From positions 6,446 through 70,445 of the forward strand of contig CAVQME010000003.1 of NCBI GenBank assembly GCA_963713545.1: a stretch of DNA of 64,000 nt. Reading direction: 5' to 3'. The stretch's first letter is position 1. Each line of letters opens with the position of its first letter. Made by a program: the position numbers and the translations under genes. The notes under the pieces were generated by a model. The model ran no database searches, was not told where the DNA came from, and saw nothing but the letters and a program-made list of their open reading frames with translations. Of this stretch, positions 20,047-28,872 are shown piece by piece. The stretch is from an uncultured Actinomycetes bacterium. Its GTDB lineage: Bacteria; Actinomycetota; Thermoleophilia; RBG-16-64-13.

Positions 20047-20901
20047 CTACTCCTCTTCCCGCCAGTGCCAGTCCCGGTCGCCCTTCAGCACGTTCGCGTT
20101 CATCTCTCCGCTCAGGTGCAGGAGGTTCGCTTCCGGGAAGCGTTCGGCAATGGCGTAGTAGAAGCTGGCCACATCGTCCGTCCTCGCCAGTTCTTCTTCG
20201 GTGGCGACCAGGTACCCTCTTGTGAAGTCGAGCGAACTCTTGTCGAACTGCATGCCGGGCTTCTGATGGCCCGGTATGATCACTTCGGCGCCCATCTTCT
20301 CGATCTTGTCGAGTTCCCGGATCCACTGCTCGCGCTCCCCGGGGGTGAGTTCGCAGGTGAACGGGTGGGCCTGGTTGAAGAGGACGTCGCTGGCGTACAG
20401 CGTCTTGATCGACGGTATCCACACCATGGTGTTGTATCTCATGTCGCCGATGACCTTGGAGATTATCTCGAGACGGTGCCCCTCGAGTTCCAGGTACTCC
20501 TCCGTCAGAGACTCGACCTGCACCGTCTCTCTACAAACGTTGTGAGCTCCTATCACGTTCTCCCAGATCTCGATCTTGCCGAAGAACTGCTTGTTGATGA
20601 TGTCGGCCTCCGACGGTATGGCTACTACCCGGGCCTTTGGGAATGCTTCAGCGATCGTGCCCACCCCGAAGTAGTGATCGGGATGCGCGTGGGTCAGGTA
20701 GATCGTGGTCAAGCTCTTTCCCGTTTCCAGGATCTCGGCTATGACCCGGTGGGCGTTCGATAGGGTCCACTGCGCGTCGATCAGGATCGCGTCAGTCTTT
20801 CCCATCACGATGACGGACGCGACCTCAAATCCTGCCTCATCGCTGAAGAACACCTTGGTCGACAATGAGCCTGTCCCGCTGGCGGTCAATCTGATCTCCA
20901 T
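20047..20901 (-). CDS. Metallo-beta-lactamase fold hydrolase
   Basis: THAHPDHYFG, LIDAQW, IIPGH. Confidence 0.9.
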   Translation of the reverse strand: MEIRLTASGTGSLSTKVFFSDEAGFEVASVIVMGKTDAILIDAQWTLSNAHRVIAEILETGKSLTTIYLTHAHPDHYFGVGTIAEAFPKARVVAIPSEADIINKQFFGKIEIWENVIGAHNVCRETVQVESLTEEYLELEGHRLEIISKVIGDMRYNTMVWIPSIKTLYASDVLFNQAHPFTCELTPGEREQWIRELDKIEKMGAEVIIPGHQKPGMQFDKSSLDFTRGYLVATEEELARTDDVASFYYAIAERFPEANLLHLSGEMNANVLKGDRDWHWREEE

Positions 20902-21019
20902 AGAATCATTCTCCAGTGTTGGGTTTCTAGTGAGTCTAGCACCCCTCAGGTCGTGAGCTGTTTGCGGCTGGGGCGGCTAGCGACCACGAGCGCGGACGGC
21001 TCCGTCAGCCTGGGGCGCC

Positions 21020-21745
21020 TCAGCGGCTTTCGGACGCAGTCGACATCGCCAGAGCCTCGCGAAGGGCTACGGTCGCGTGTTCGCGGAACTCAGCTCGCCG
21101 CTCGTCCTTGGAGCGGCCACAGATCGCCTCGGCCTTCCAGTCGGTGGGCCACTCCGCGTCCACGTGGACCGCCCCAGCGACGTGGAAGTGTCGGCACCGG
21201 GGCAGGGCGGCGATGATGCTGCGAGAATTCCCACGACCGTTGCAGGTCGACGGCTCCGCGGTCAGCACGACGGCACTGCACTTGACCAGGGGGGCAGCTT
21301 TCGCCCCCATGCCCTTCCGGTCGACCGGATCCAGCCCCACCCATATGGCAGGCTCTGGGTCGTCGACAGCCGAGAGCAAAGTGGCCAGCCCGCCGGCAGA
21401 AAATCCCATAAGCCCGATCCGCGACAAGTCGATCCGCTGGCTCCAAGGCTCACTCCGGCAGAAGTATGCTCGCAGGTCGGAGACAAACCTGCCGTTGCGG
21501 GCCCCATCCGACCATGCGGGCAGATCCGGCACCACCGTTACGAAGCCCTCCGCCGCTAGATGCCTGCCCCATTCGGACATACTCTGGCGATTTCGCCAGA
21601 ATCCGTGGGCCACGATCACCAGGGGCGCCGGCTCTGCGGTGTCCGGCCGGTAGACATCAACGTGGGCAGTACCTGCAGCCAGTCTCAGCCGCATAGTCTC
21701 GCAGGCCGGCCCCGCGACGAAACGGCTCGCACCAGCCCCGGTCAC
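21020..21745 (-). CDS. Alpha/beta hydrolase (dienelactone hydrolase/chlorophyllase-like)
   Basis: AHGF, GFSAGG nucleophile elbow, GLDPVD, C-terminal His. Confidence 0.8.
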   Translation of the reverse strand: MTGAGASRFVAGPACETMRLRLAAGTAHVDVYRPDTAEPAPLVIVAHGFWRNRQSMSEWGRHLAAEGFVTVVPDLPAWSDGARNGRFVSDLRAYFCRSEPWSQRIDLSRIGLMGFSAGGLATLLSAVDDPEPAIWVGLDPVDRKGMGAKAAPLVKCSAVVLTAEPSTCNGRGNSRSIIAALPRCRHFHVAGAVHVDAEWPTDWKAEAICGRSKDERRAEFREHATVALREALAMSTASESR

Positions 21746-21830
21746 GAGACCCCCACCTCTGCCGCGATCAGGTTGGCGACAAACTGCTGTGTGGGATGTT
21801 GAGTTCTCACAGCAGACCCGGGCTGAGCTG

Positions 21831-22793
21831 CTACACGACTTCGATGGTCGACGGCGGTTTGGGCGCTATGTTGTAGGTGACGCTGACGACGCCGGGCACC
21901 GCGAGGATGATCTCCTCGGCCAGCTGTTCCAGGACCTCGAAGGGTACATGGGTGGGTGTGGCGGTGCGGGCGTCGATGCTGTTCCAGCAGCGCACTTCGA
22001 TCTGCAGACCGAAGTCGCGCTTCCCGTCGCGCATGCCGGTCACCCGGTCTTCGTGGAGGATGGCCATGTACTGGAAGGCGCCGAAGCCCGACAGGTGCCG
22101 CTCGACTACCAGCGTGGCCTGGCGGACCGCGGTGACCCGCTCCGGAGTCACCTCGCCGATCACCCGGGCGGCGAGCGCCGGCCCGGGGAAGGGGATACGG
22201 CGGAAGAGTTCGGCCGGCAGCCCGAGAGCTTCCCCCAGCTTCCTCACGCCGTCTTTGCGAAGTTGGATGAGCGGCTCCAGGATGTGGTAGCCGAAGGCCT
22301 CCTGCGGGTCGATGCCCAACTGCTCGAAAACGTTGTGCTGCCGCTTGATCCCGGCGACGGTCTCATCCACATCTGTGAGGATGGTGCCCTGAAGCAGATG
22401 CTTCGCTCCGCTTTCTTTGACCAGCCGGGCGAAGACGTCGCGGTAGAATGTCTGGGTGATGGCCTCACGCTTCTCCTCAGGATCGGTCACGCCTTTGAGC
22501 GCCGCGAAGAACTCTGCACGCGCGTCGATGACCTCCACCGTCACGCCCAGGTCGCGGAAGAAGCTCGTGACCTGCTCGGCTTCGCCGGCCCGCATGAGGC
22601 CGTTTTCGACGAAGACCGTCTTGAGACGATCGCCCAAGGCGCGATGCCCCAGCATCGTGACCGTCGAGGAATCGACCCCACCGGAGAGCGCGTTTATGGC
22701 CCACCCATCGCCGACACTGCTCCGGATCTCACCCACCTTCTCGGCGATAAAGCTCCCCGTATCGAGTTCCTGCGCGGTGATCTCCTTGATCAT
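21831..22793 (-). CDS. GMP synthase ATP-pyrophosphatase/C-terminal subunit (no glutaminase domain)
   Basis: ALSGGVDSS PP-loop, GVTDPEEKR, LQGT, PFPGPALA, YNIAPKPPSTIE; ATG at 22793 with GGAGGAG. Confidence 0.88.
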   Translation of the reverse strand: MIKEITAQELDTGSFIAEKVGEIRSSVGDGWAINALSGGVDSSTVTMLGHRALGDRLKTVFVENGLMRAGEAEQVTSFFRDLGVTVEVIDARAEFFAALKGVTDPEEKREAITQTFYRDVFARLVKESGAKHLLQGTILTDVDETVAGIKRQHNVFEQLGIDPQEAFGYHILEPLIQLRKDGVRKLGEALGLPAELFRRIPFPGPALAARVIGEVTPERVTAVRQATLVVERHLSGFGAFQYMAILHEDRVTGMRDGKRDFGLQIEVRCWNSIDARTATPTHVPFEVLEQLAEEIILAVPGVVSVTYNIAPKPPSTIEVV

Positions 22794-23037
22794 GCGACCC
22801 TCTCCTCCACTGTGATGAAGACGCCGAGCAACCATGCGGCTGGTAAGACTCGAAAGCCCCTGGTCGTGCCCCCGGCTCGAGACATATGCAGACTCTATAG
22901 GTCGCATGGCTGCCTGTCCAGCGGAGCGCCGGCAGGCCGAGATGATTGACCTGCAAGGGCATCGACCTATACTGGGAATCCGAGCCACCGCGCGGGTCCC
23001 GCGCCGGTGTCGCGTCACCCCGGAAGGAGGAGGAACC

Positions 23038-23640
23038 ATGGTGGCACAACAGCCGGGATGGGAGATCAAAGGCGTCTACAACGAGGCGTGCGCGTCCGAG
23101 GGTCAATGCCCCTACTACTTCGGTAGGGACAAGGAGGGAGGGTGCCGCTACTTCATGGTCTTTCGGATCACGGAGGGCACGGTGAACCGGGTCGACCTGT
23201 CAGGTATCACGGCCATCTACCTGGGCGATCTTCCGCACTCCACCTATGTCGAGGTCGTCGAGAAAGGATCCGAAGGCGCGATCTATGTCAGCGACGGCGC
23301 GACGTCCGAACAGCGCGCCGTCCTCGACACGCTGGTGGTCGAGGCACTTGGTGGCGTACTGATGAAGAGGGTGCTCGGTGTGAACTATGTCCCCATCGGT
23401 GTCGAGGAAGGCGACGGTGCGGTGCACTTCAGAATGCCGGCCGGGGAGATGAAGATGGTGCTGACGAGGAGCCACAACGGCGACCCGGTGCGTCTGGAGA
23501 ACGCGACCCTTCCCTTCCTCTCGGACGTCAAGGCCGCCCACACACTCTTCTGGAACTGGTCGGACTACAGCAGGCACTTCGAGTACCGGGATCGCTGCGG
23601 CACTTGGGCCGACTTCCTGATGCGTTCCGAGCCCGCGTAG
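23038..23640 (+). CDS. DUF1326 domain protein
   Basis: W.IKG.YNEAC...CPYYFG...C..F.I..G....VDLSG, AT.EQRA.L; GGAGGAGG SD. Confidence 0.75.
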   Translation: MVAQQPGWEIKGVYNEACASEGQCPYYFGRDKEGGCRYFMVFRITEGTVNRVDLSGITAIYLGDLPHSTYVEVVEKGSEGAIYVSDGATSEQRAVLDTLVVEALGGVLMKRVLGVNYVPIGVEEGDGAVHFRMPAGEMKMVLTRSHNGDPVRLENATLPFLSDVKAAHTLFWNWSDYSRHFEYRDRCGTWADFLMRSEPA

Positions 23641-23677
23641 CCCGGCGGCGGCCGACCGCCCGCAACTTCTGGCGGGC

Positions 23678-23713
23678 TTGCTTATAACCGTTTATACGGG
23701 TACAATGGCGTAT
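23678..23713 (+). promoter_or_regulatory. Sigma-70-type promoter with overlapping inverted repeats (candidate ArsR operator)
   Basis: TTGCTT-N17-TACAAT; TATAA-N4-TTATA (23683-23696) and ATACG-N10-CGTAT (23694-23713). Confidence 0.6.
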
Positions 23714-23777
23714 GTACTCATGTCGGAGCGTGGGCACATCGCGCCCCATTGTGGCAGGCAGCAGAGGAGGATCGAGG

Positions 23778-24179
23778 ATGACCGACACGGGCGAACGGCA
23801 ACGGCCGGGGCTGGTCATGTGCGTCTGCACCGGCAAGTGTCCGGGCTTCGAGAAGATGGATATCTGGGACTTCATCAACCGGGTGCGGATCGAACTCCCG
23901 GTGGAGTTCGCCTTCATCCATCCACAACTCTGCGAGGAGGACGGCGACCGCTTTCTCGCCGACTTCCTCGAGGCCAAGCGGCCGCTCGTCATCGCCGGCT
24001 GCGCCCCCAACATGCAGTACAAGCTCTTCCGGGACGCCTTCACCGCGAAAGGCATGGACGTGAAGAAGGACATGCTCCCCCTCGATATCCGCGATATGAC
24101 GACCGACGACGCCGTCGAGAAGGTCGCGAGAGCTCTCGACGCGATAGGGGTCGAGAAGACGGCAATCGAGGCGGAATGA
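23778..24179 (+). CDS. Stand-alone HdrA N-terminal-like Fe-S domain protein
   Basis: CVC..KC, HPQLC, VIAGCAP, DIR pattern parallels the HdrA N-terminal domain (CxC...C...AACSP...NIRE). Confidence 0.7.
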   Translation: MTDTGERQRPGLVMCVCTGKCPGFEKMDIWDFINRVRIELPVEFAFIHPQLCEEDGDRFLADFLEAKRPLVIAGCAPNMQYKLFRDAFTAKGMDVKKDMLPLDIRDMTTDDAVEKVARALDAIGVEKTAIEAE

Positions 24180-24454
24180 CCGAGACTTTCATGGGGGTGT
24201 CTCGGGAGAAGATCCCCTGGGCGCCGGTGATCGATTACGCGAAGTGCGATTTTTGCATGGACTGCGACGAGTTTTGTCCCCATAGGGTCTTCGAACGCCG
24301 GGACGAAGAGCCGATCCTGGTGGTAGCCAACCCGAACAACTGTGTGGTCTTCTGCAGGGCGTGCGCCAAGCTCTGCGGCCCCGACGCGCTCTCTTTCCCG
24401 GACAAACCGGAGACGATCGCACTCATCAAGCAACTGCGGGAAGCGGACTCGTGA
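24176..24454 (+). CDS. 2x[4Fe-4S] ferredoxin
   Basis: CDFCMDCDEFCP and CVVFCRACAKLCG; ATGA overlap with upstream gene. Confidence 0.88.
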   Translation: MTETFMGVSREKIPWAPVIDYAKCDFCMDCDEFCPHRVFERRDEEPILVVANPNNCVVFCRACAKLCGPDALSFPDKPETIALIKQLREADS

Positions 24455-25338
24455 AGCACGCCGTTCTCTCCTGCAGCGGCATGGACAAAGCCGAGGGCTC
24501 GCTCGCCCGCGAGGTGGCGATCAGGTTCGCAGAGAGGACGGGAGCGGACATCGTCTGCCCGGTGCTTCTGAATCGGACGGCGGCTCGCTACAAGAAGCTC
24601 CTGGCCGAGGAAGCGCTCGTGATAATCGACGGCTGCGGTACCCGCTGCGCGAGCAAGCTCACCGCCGGTCTGGACGCGAGAACGGAGAGGAAGATCTCGA
24701 TTTCGGATGCTCTCAAGGCTCGGGGGCTCTTGCCGGGAACGTCGCTGCGTCTGGAGCCAGCCGATCTCGCTCTGGTCGAGACTATCGTCGACGACCTGAT
24801 CGCAGGACTCGCAGCTCCGCCGACGCCACCGGCGTCTGCATCTCCCGATGCTCAGCAGGAGGCGGCGTCCAGTTCCAACGTTCGGACCTGGGAACCCCCG
24901 AACGACTTTGCCGTCGTCGTCCACGACAAATACGAGTTCCACATCCCCAAGAATGACTACTTCTTCAACGAGAACGACGTGTGGGCGCGTCCGTTGGGCG
25001 ATCGGGCGCGAGTGGGCATCTCAGACTACATGCAGCAGCGGCTGACCGATGTCAACTACTTCGACCCGCCCGATGTCGGTGCCGAGATCGAGCAATTCGA
25101 TGAAGTGGGCAGCGTCGAGTCGGTCAAGGCGGCGTTCGAGGTGATCTCTCCCGTCAGTGGAAGAGTAGTGGCCGTGAACGAGGCAGTCACAGATAGGCCC
25201 GAGCTTGTGAACGAGGACCCGTATGGTCACGGCTGGCTGGCGGAACTCGAACTGGCCGATTGGCAGGGGGAACGGGAGCTCCTTCTGGACGGGGTCCACT
25301 ACGCGAAGAGCGTGGAGCAGAAGGCGGCTGAGGAATGA
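24451..25338 (+). CDS. DGC-domain / glycine-cleavage-H (lipoyl carrier) fusion protein
   Basis: N-term SCSG..VC..IIDGCGTRCA (DGC); C-term VGISDY, GSVESVKAAFEVISPVSG with lipoyl Lys (codon 25126-25128), VNEDPYGHGW. Confidence 0.85.
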   Translation: MKHAVLSCSGMDKAEGSLAREVAIRFAERTGADIVCPVLLNRTAARYKKLLAEEALVIIDGCGTRCASKLTAGLDARTERKISISDALKARGLLPGTSLRLEPADLALVETIVDDLIAGLAAPPTPPASASPDAQQEAASSSNVRTWEPPNDFAVVVHDKYEFHIPKNDYFFNENDVWARPLGDRARVGISDYMQQRLTDVNYFDPPDVGAEIEQFDEVGSVESVKAAFEVISPVSGRVVAVNEAVTDRPELVNEDPYGHGWLAELELADWQGERELLLDGVHYAKSVEQKAAEE

Positions 25339-25841
25339 CAGGGAGAGAGCCGACGGGGAGCGATCCGGAGAGAGACCGGCAGGGGGTTGGGGGCGCGAGG
25401 GCGGTCGCAAGCGTTGAAGGCGGCGACACCGGACTTCGCTTTCTCGTGATCCCCTGTAGCGGCATCGGCAAGGTGCAAGGACTTCTTGGTCGGGAGGCCA
25501 CCTATCAGCTGGTCGATGAACTTGCACCAGGGGAGGCGGGCACAGTCTGCCTTGCTTTGCTCGTGAGAGAGGACCCCGAAGCTCTCGAGAAAGTGCGCCG
25601 GCATCCTTGCATCGCCGTCGACGGATGCGCCAAAGCCTGCGCTCAGAAGAGCCTTGAGATCGCGGATGGCGACCTGCGAGTCTCCGTACAGGTGGCCGGG
25701 ATACTGAGCAAGCACCGAGGCGCGCAACCGGGGGATGGCTCGGCGCTGACCGACGAAGGTTGGGAAATAGCTAGGGAGATCGCAGAGACGTTGGCCTCGG
25801 AGGCCAGAGGCCTCGAGAGCGGAGGGGAGGCGCCTCAGTGA
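25335..25841 (+). CDS. DGC domain (putative Zn-binding) protein
   Basis: PCSG, TVCL, AVDGCAKACA. Confidence 0.85.
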   Translation: MTGREPTGSDPERDRQGVGGARAVASVEGGDTGLRFLVIPCSGIGKVQGLLGREATYQLVDELAPGEAGTVCLALLVREDPEALEKVRRHPCIAVDGCAKACAQKSLEIADGDLRVSVQVAGILSKHRGAQPGDGSALTDEGWEIAREIAETLASEARGLESGGEAPQ

Positions 25842-26266
25842 GCGATGCTCCGAGCGGCCCCGCCAGCAAGGTGGGCGTGATCTCCTGCAGCGGGGAGGAG
25901 ATAGCGGAAGGCACCATCTCTCGTCTCGCTACCCGGCAGGTCCTGGAATCCCTGCGCCCGGGGGTGACGGTGACCCTTTGTCTCCCCCTGTTCGCGGCGG
26001 GCAACGAGGGGGAAAGGAACTTCGCCCGGACCCACCCGATGATCACCATCGACGGATGCGATAAGCAGTGTGCGAAGTGGGCCACGGAGAAGTACGGGGA
26101 GCGGCCGGTACGACGGGCACTCGTCGTGTCGGACATCCTCGGAGAGGAGGGCGCCGCGTGCCGGCGTTCGCTCCGAGATCAAGGAGAGGCCGACCGAGAG
26201 GCCACGCGGGTGGTGGCGGAGAAGATCGCAACGGAGGTCGACTCAGTGCTGGCGGAAGAGAGGTAA
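25838..26266 (+). CDS. DGC domain (putative Zn-binding) protein
   Basis: SCSG, TLCLP, TIDGCDKQCA. Confidence 0.85.
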   Translation: MSDAPSGPASKVGVISCSGEEIAEGTISRLATRQVLESLRPGVTVTLCLPLFAAGNEGERNFARTHPMITIDGCDKQCAKWATEKYGERPVRRALVVSDILGEEGAACRRSLRDQGEADREATRVVAEKIATEVDSVLAEER

Positions 26267-26282
26267 AGAGAGGTAAGGCCTG

Positions 26283-26681
26283 ATGAGAGAGCTCGCAGAC
26301 ACCTTCAAGGCCCTTTCGGACGAGACCCGCCTGCAGATCGTGACGCTGCTTCTCGACCGCGAGGAGCTGTGCGTCTGCGACTTTGTCGGCGCACTGGGTC
26401 TTACTCAATCGAAGGCTTCGCGGCACCTGCGCTATCTGTACAATGCCGGTCTGGTGGAGGACCGGCGAGAAGGCCTCTGGATGCACTATCGTGTCTCGAC
26501 GCGCCTCTCTGCCGAGCAGCAACTCATCGTCGCCGCCCTGGCACAAGCGATCGGCGAGGAGCGCAGGCAAGAGCTCGGCCGGTCGCTCGAGGACTGGTTC
26601 AAGCGGAAGGCGGCCCAGGCGGAGGGTGACCAGAGCGGGGCCACATCCTGCTGCGGACCGGCTTTGGGCGCCACGCAATGA
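26283..26681 (+). CDS. arsR: ArsR/SmtB family regulator with As(III)-type sites
   Basis: FKALSDETRLQI, ELCVCD, SRHLRYL..AGLV, C-terminal CC. Confidence 0.9.
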   Translation: MRELADTFKALSDETRLQIVTLLLDREELCVCDFVGALGLTQSKASRHLRYLYNAGLVEDRREGLWMHYRVSTRLSAEQQLIVAALAQAIGEERRQELGRSLEDWFKRKAAQAEGDQSGATSCCGPALGATQ

Positions 26682-26965
26682 GCGACCACGACGAGAAGGA
26701 GGGAGTCTTGATCGAGGTGAAGGTGTTCGGCAGCGAGCCTCCGTGCGTGAAGTGCAAGCGGCTGGAGGAGGCGGCGAGGCGGGCCGCGGAGGAGTTCCCC
26801 GGCCAGGTCACTGTGGCCAAGTACTCGGCGCTCTCTCCCGAGGGGAAGGCGCTTGCCCTCGAAGCGACCCCGGCTTTGGTCGTCAACGGCAAGATCGTGT
26901 CTCAGGGCAGGATCCCAGAGCAGGCCGAGCTCATACAGATGTATCAGGCCCAGCTAGGAGGATGA
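26678..26965 (+). CDS. Small thioredoxin-fold redox protein (CVKC)
   Basis: PPCVKC, TPALVVNG. Confidence 0.85.
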   Translation: MSDHDEKEGVLIEVKVFGSEPPCVKCKRLEEAARRAAEEFPGQVTVAKYSALSPEGKALALEATPALVVNGKIVSQGRIPEQAELIQMYQAQLGG

Positions 26966-26966
26966 G

Positions 26967-27242
26967 ATGGCGGTTCTGTTGGAGGTCTTCAGTGGCGATC
27001 CCCCCTGCCCGGGCTGCGTAGCCATCCTCGCCATGGCCGACCGCTATGCCGAGAAGTATCCTGCGGATGAGCTCGCGGTGAAGAGTTACGTCGGCCAGGA
27101 GGCCCTCGAGAAATACGCGGAGTACGACCTGTCTTGCGTGCCGGCGGCCGTCATCAATGGGGTCATCAAGATAGAGGGAACGGCCCCGGACGAGGGCACC
27201 ATGAACAACGCGCTGCGGGAGGGTGGGCTGTGGATCCGATAA
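26967..27242 (+). CDS. Small thioredoxin-fold redox protein (CPGC)
   Basis: PPCPGC, CVPAAVING. Confidence 0.85.
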   Translation: MAVLLEVFSGDPPCPGCVAILAMADRYAEKYPADELAVKSYVGQEALEKYAEYDLSCVPAAVINGVIKIEGTAPDEGTMNNALREGGLWIR

Positions 27243-27493
27243 GAGTGGAGGTCTTCCTCTCCGTACCGGCTTGCTCGGGCGGTGTCGCCGTCAGGCGCCT
27301 GATCGACGAGGTGGCGCAGCGCTACGGCGATCAGATGGACGTCGTGTACCACCAAGGGCGCGACGCCCGCTATGAGGAGTTGAAGCTCTCATCGGCCCCG
27401 GCCATCATCGTGGGCGATCTGGTGCGCTTCATCGGACTCTGCCCTACCAAGGAAGGCCTGATCGGCGCGCTCAGGGAAGCCGGGTTGGAGTAG
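27230..27493 (+). CDS. Small thioredoxin-fold protein (CSGG, monothiol motif)
   Basis: VEVFLSVPACSGG, APAIIVG, GLCP; GTG at 27230; paralogous to preceding gene (ALREGGL/ALREAGL). Confidence 0.75.
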   Translation: MDPIRVEVFLSVPACSGGVAVRRLIDEVAQRYGDQMDVVYHQGRDARYEELKLSSAPAIIVGDLVRFIGLCPTKEGLIGALREAGLE

Positions 27494-27667
27494 CTGCTCG
27501 TCCGTCGGCGCGCCGCGCTTTTGGCACGATCCACGGAAACGACGCCCCCGAAAGCGACTGTCGCTGAAGCGGCGACCTCGCGACCGACCGCCTCGGAGAC
27601 GACTAAGGGGGTGTGGTCAGCCGTGGGAGCCGTCGCTGCCGCGGTGCGCTGGGCGCAAGCCGCAGGA

Positions 27668-28459
27668 TCAGGCTCGTAGCGGTCCGACGAGGGCCCGCAG
27701 CTTTTCCTCCGGTAGCGCCAGCAATCCCGCCAAGGTCATGGCCAAGCTGTCGCCGGCGACCTTGGAGCCCCGATACAATCCAGGGAAAGAACCGGCGAGC
27801 CGGGGTTCTCTAAGGACCGCCAGCGCGACTCTGGGAAGGCTCAGCCTACCCCGGGCGTCGACCATCGAGTCTAGGTCCCACTCGATTTCATCGTTGAGTA
27901 CGTCACTGACGGCCCTTAGACCTAGGAAGGCAATGTTGCGAGCGTGGGCTGCCGCCGCGATAGACGTACTCTCCATCTCAGTTACGGCGGCTGTTGCAGG
28001 CACGAGCGCAGCGAGCATGGCTTTCGACAGCAGTCGGTCCACAGTGACAAACCGAGCGGGCCGAACGCTCATGCCCTCGAGCAGCGCGGCAAGGTCCGGG
28101 CTGGGACTGAACTTGAATCGCACGGGGCAGGTACGGCTCACGTCGTCGTAGACGGCCAGCTCGCGGGCGTACACCGCGTGGCCAAGAGCAAGGTCGGGTG
28201 AGAGGGCGCCGGCGAAGCCCACCGACATGATCAGGTCGGGGAGGGCCTGAGTAACCGTCCCGGCGAAGATGTGCAGAGCGGCGCACTTCGCGGCCAAGTT
28301 GCCCATGCCCGTCTCTACTAGAAGAACTTCAGTCTCTGAAGACTGATGGCGCCAGGTACGGAACGGCCGGCGGGCGAGCGAGCGCCAGCCAGGCATCACT
28401 TTCAAGAGTGGGCCTGTCTCCTGCGGCAGGGCCGCGAAGACCACTACGTGCAGTGCCAT
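27668..28459 (-). CDS. Purine phosphorylase/MTA-SAH nucleosidase family protein (HpnG-like)
   Basis: AALPQE, TGMG, SVGFAGAL, EMES, LRAVSD. Confidence 0.82.
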   Translation of the reverse strand: MALHVVVFAALPQETGPLLKVMPGWRSLARRPFRTWRHQSSETEVLLVETGMGNLAAKCAALHIFAGTVTQALPDLIMSVGFAGALSPDLALGHAVYARELAVYDDVSRTCPVRFKFSPSPDLAALLEGMSVRPARFVTVDRLLSKAMLAALVPATAAVTEMESTSIAAAAHARNIAFLGLRAVSDVLNDEIEWDLDSMVDARGRLSLPRVALAVLREPRLAGSFPGLYRGSKVAGDSLAMTLAGLLALPEEKLRALVGPLRA

Positions 28460-28524
28460 GGGGAAACATTACCAAGACCGTGAGTCGCCGGCGCAGGTCC
28501 GTGTCGACCTGACGCTGCGACGGG

Positions 28525-28842
28525 TCAGTCAAGGGGGATGACGAACTGGATCTCGTTCCTCCGGATGAGAAGGACGTCGTATTCGACGGAGTCTTTGTCG
28601 GGCTGTCTGATGGCTCCTGGCTTGCCGGCCCGTCCGACCTTTGCGATCTCCCCGGGTGTCTCACCCGTCTTGCGGAGAACGACGTCGGTCAGAGCAAGGA
28701 ACTCTTTGCTCTCATTCAAGAGATCGAGGACCCGGCCTTTGTAGCCACCCGGTCTCGGGACGATGAGGTCACCCTCACACCAGAAGTCCCTGGCCTGTAT
28801 TTGAACCCGGACGCTATGGCTCCCCGCTTCCATGCGCAACAT
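28525..28842 (-). CDS. Small hypothetical protein (DUF6812-like)
   Basis: G.L..P....RVLDLLN...FLALTD...LLIRRNEIQFVIP pattern. Confidence 0.65.
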   Translation of the reverse strand: MLRMEAGSHSVRVQIQARDFWCEGDLIVPRPGGYKGRVLDLLNESKEFLALTDVVLRKTGETPGEIAKVGRAGKPGAIRQPDKDSVEYDVLLIRRNEIQFVIPLD

Positions 28843-28872
28843 CCTTGCGAAGAGTTATCGACTCGCTCCCTC

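Noticed and set aside
24451-25338. Ordinary glycine cleavage operon
   Set aside because: No gcvT, gcvP or lpd adjacent; the H domain is fused and divergent
24176-26681. hgcAB mercury-methylation locus (ArsR + ferredoxin)
   Set aside because: No HgcA cap-helix motif N(V/I)WCA(A/G)GK or TM corrinoid protein; ferredoxin lacks the HgcB C-terminal Cys pair
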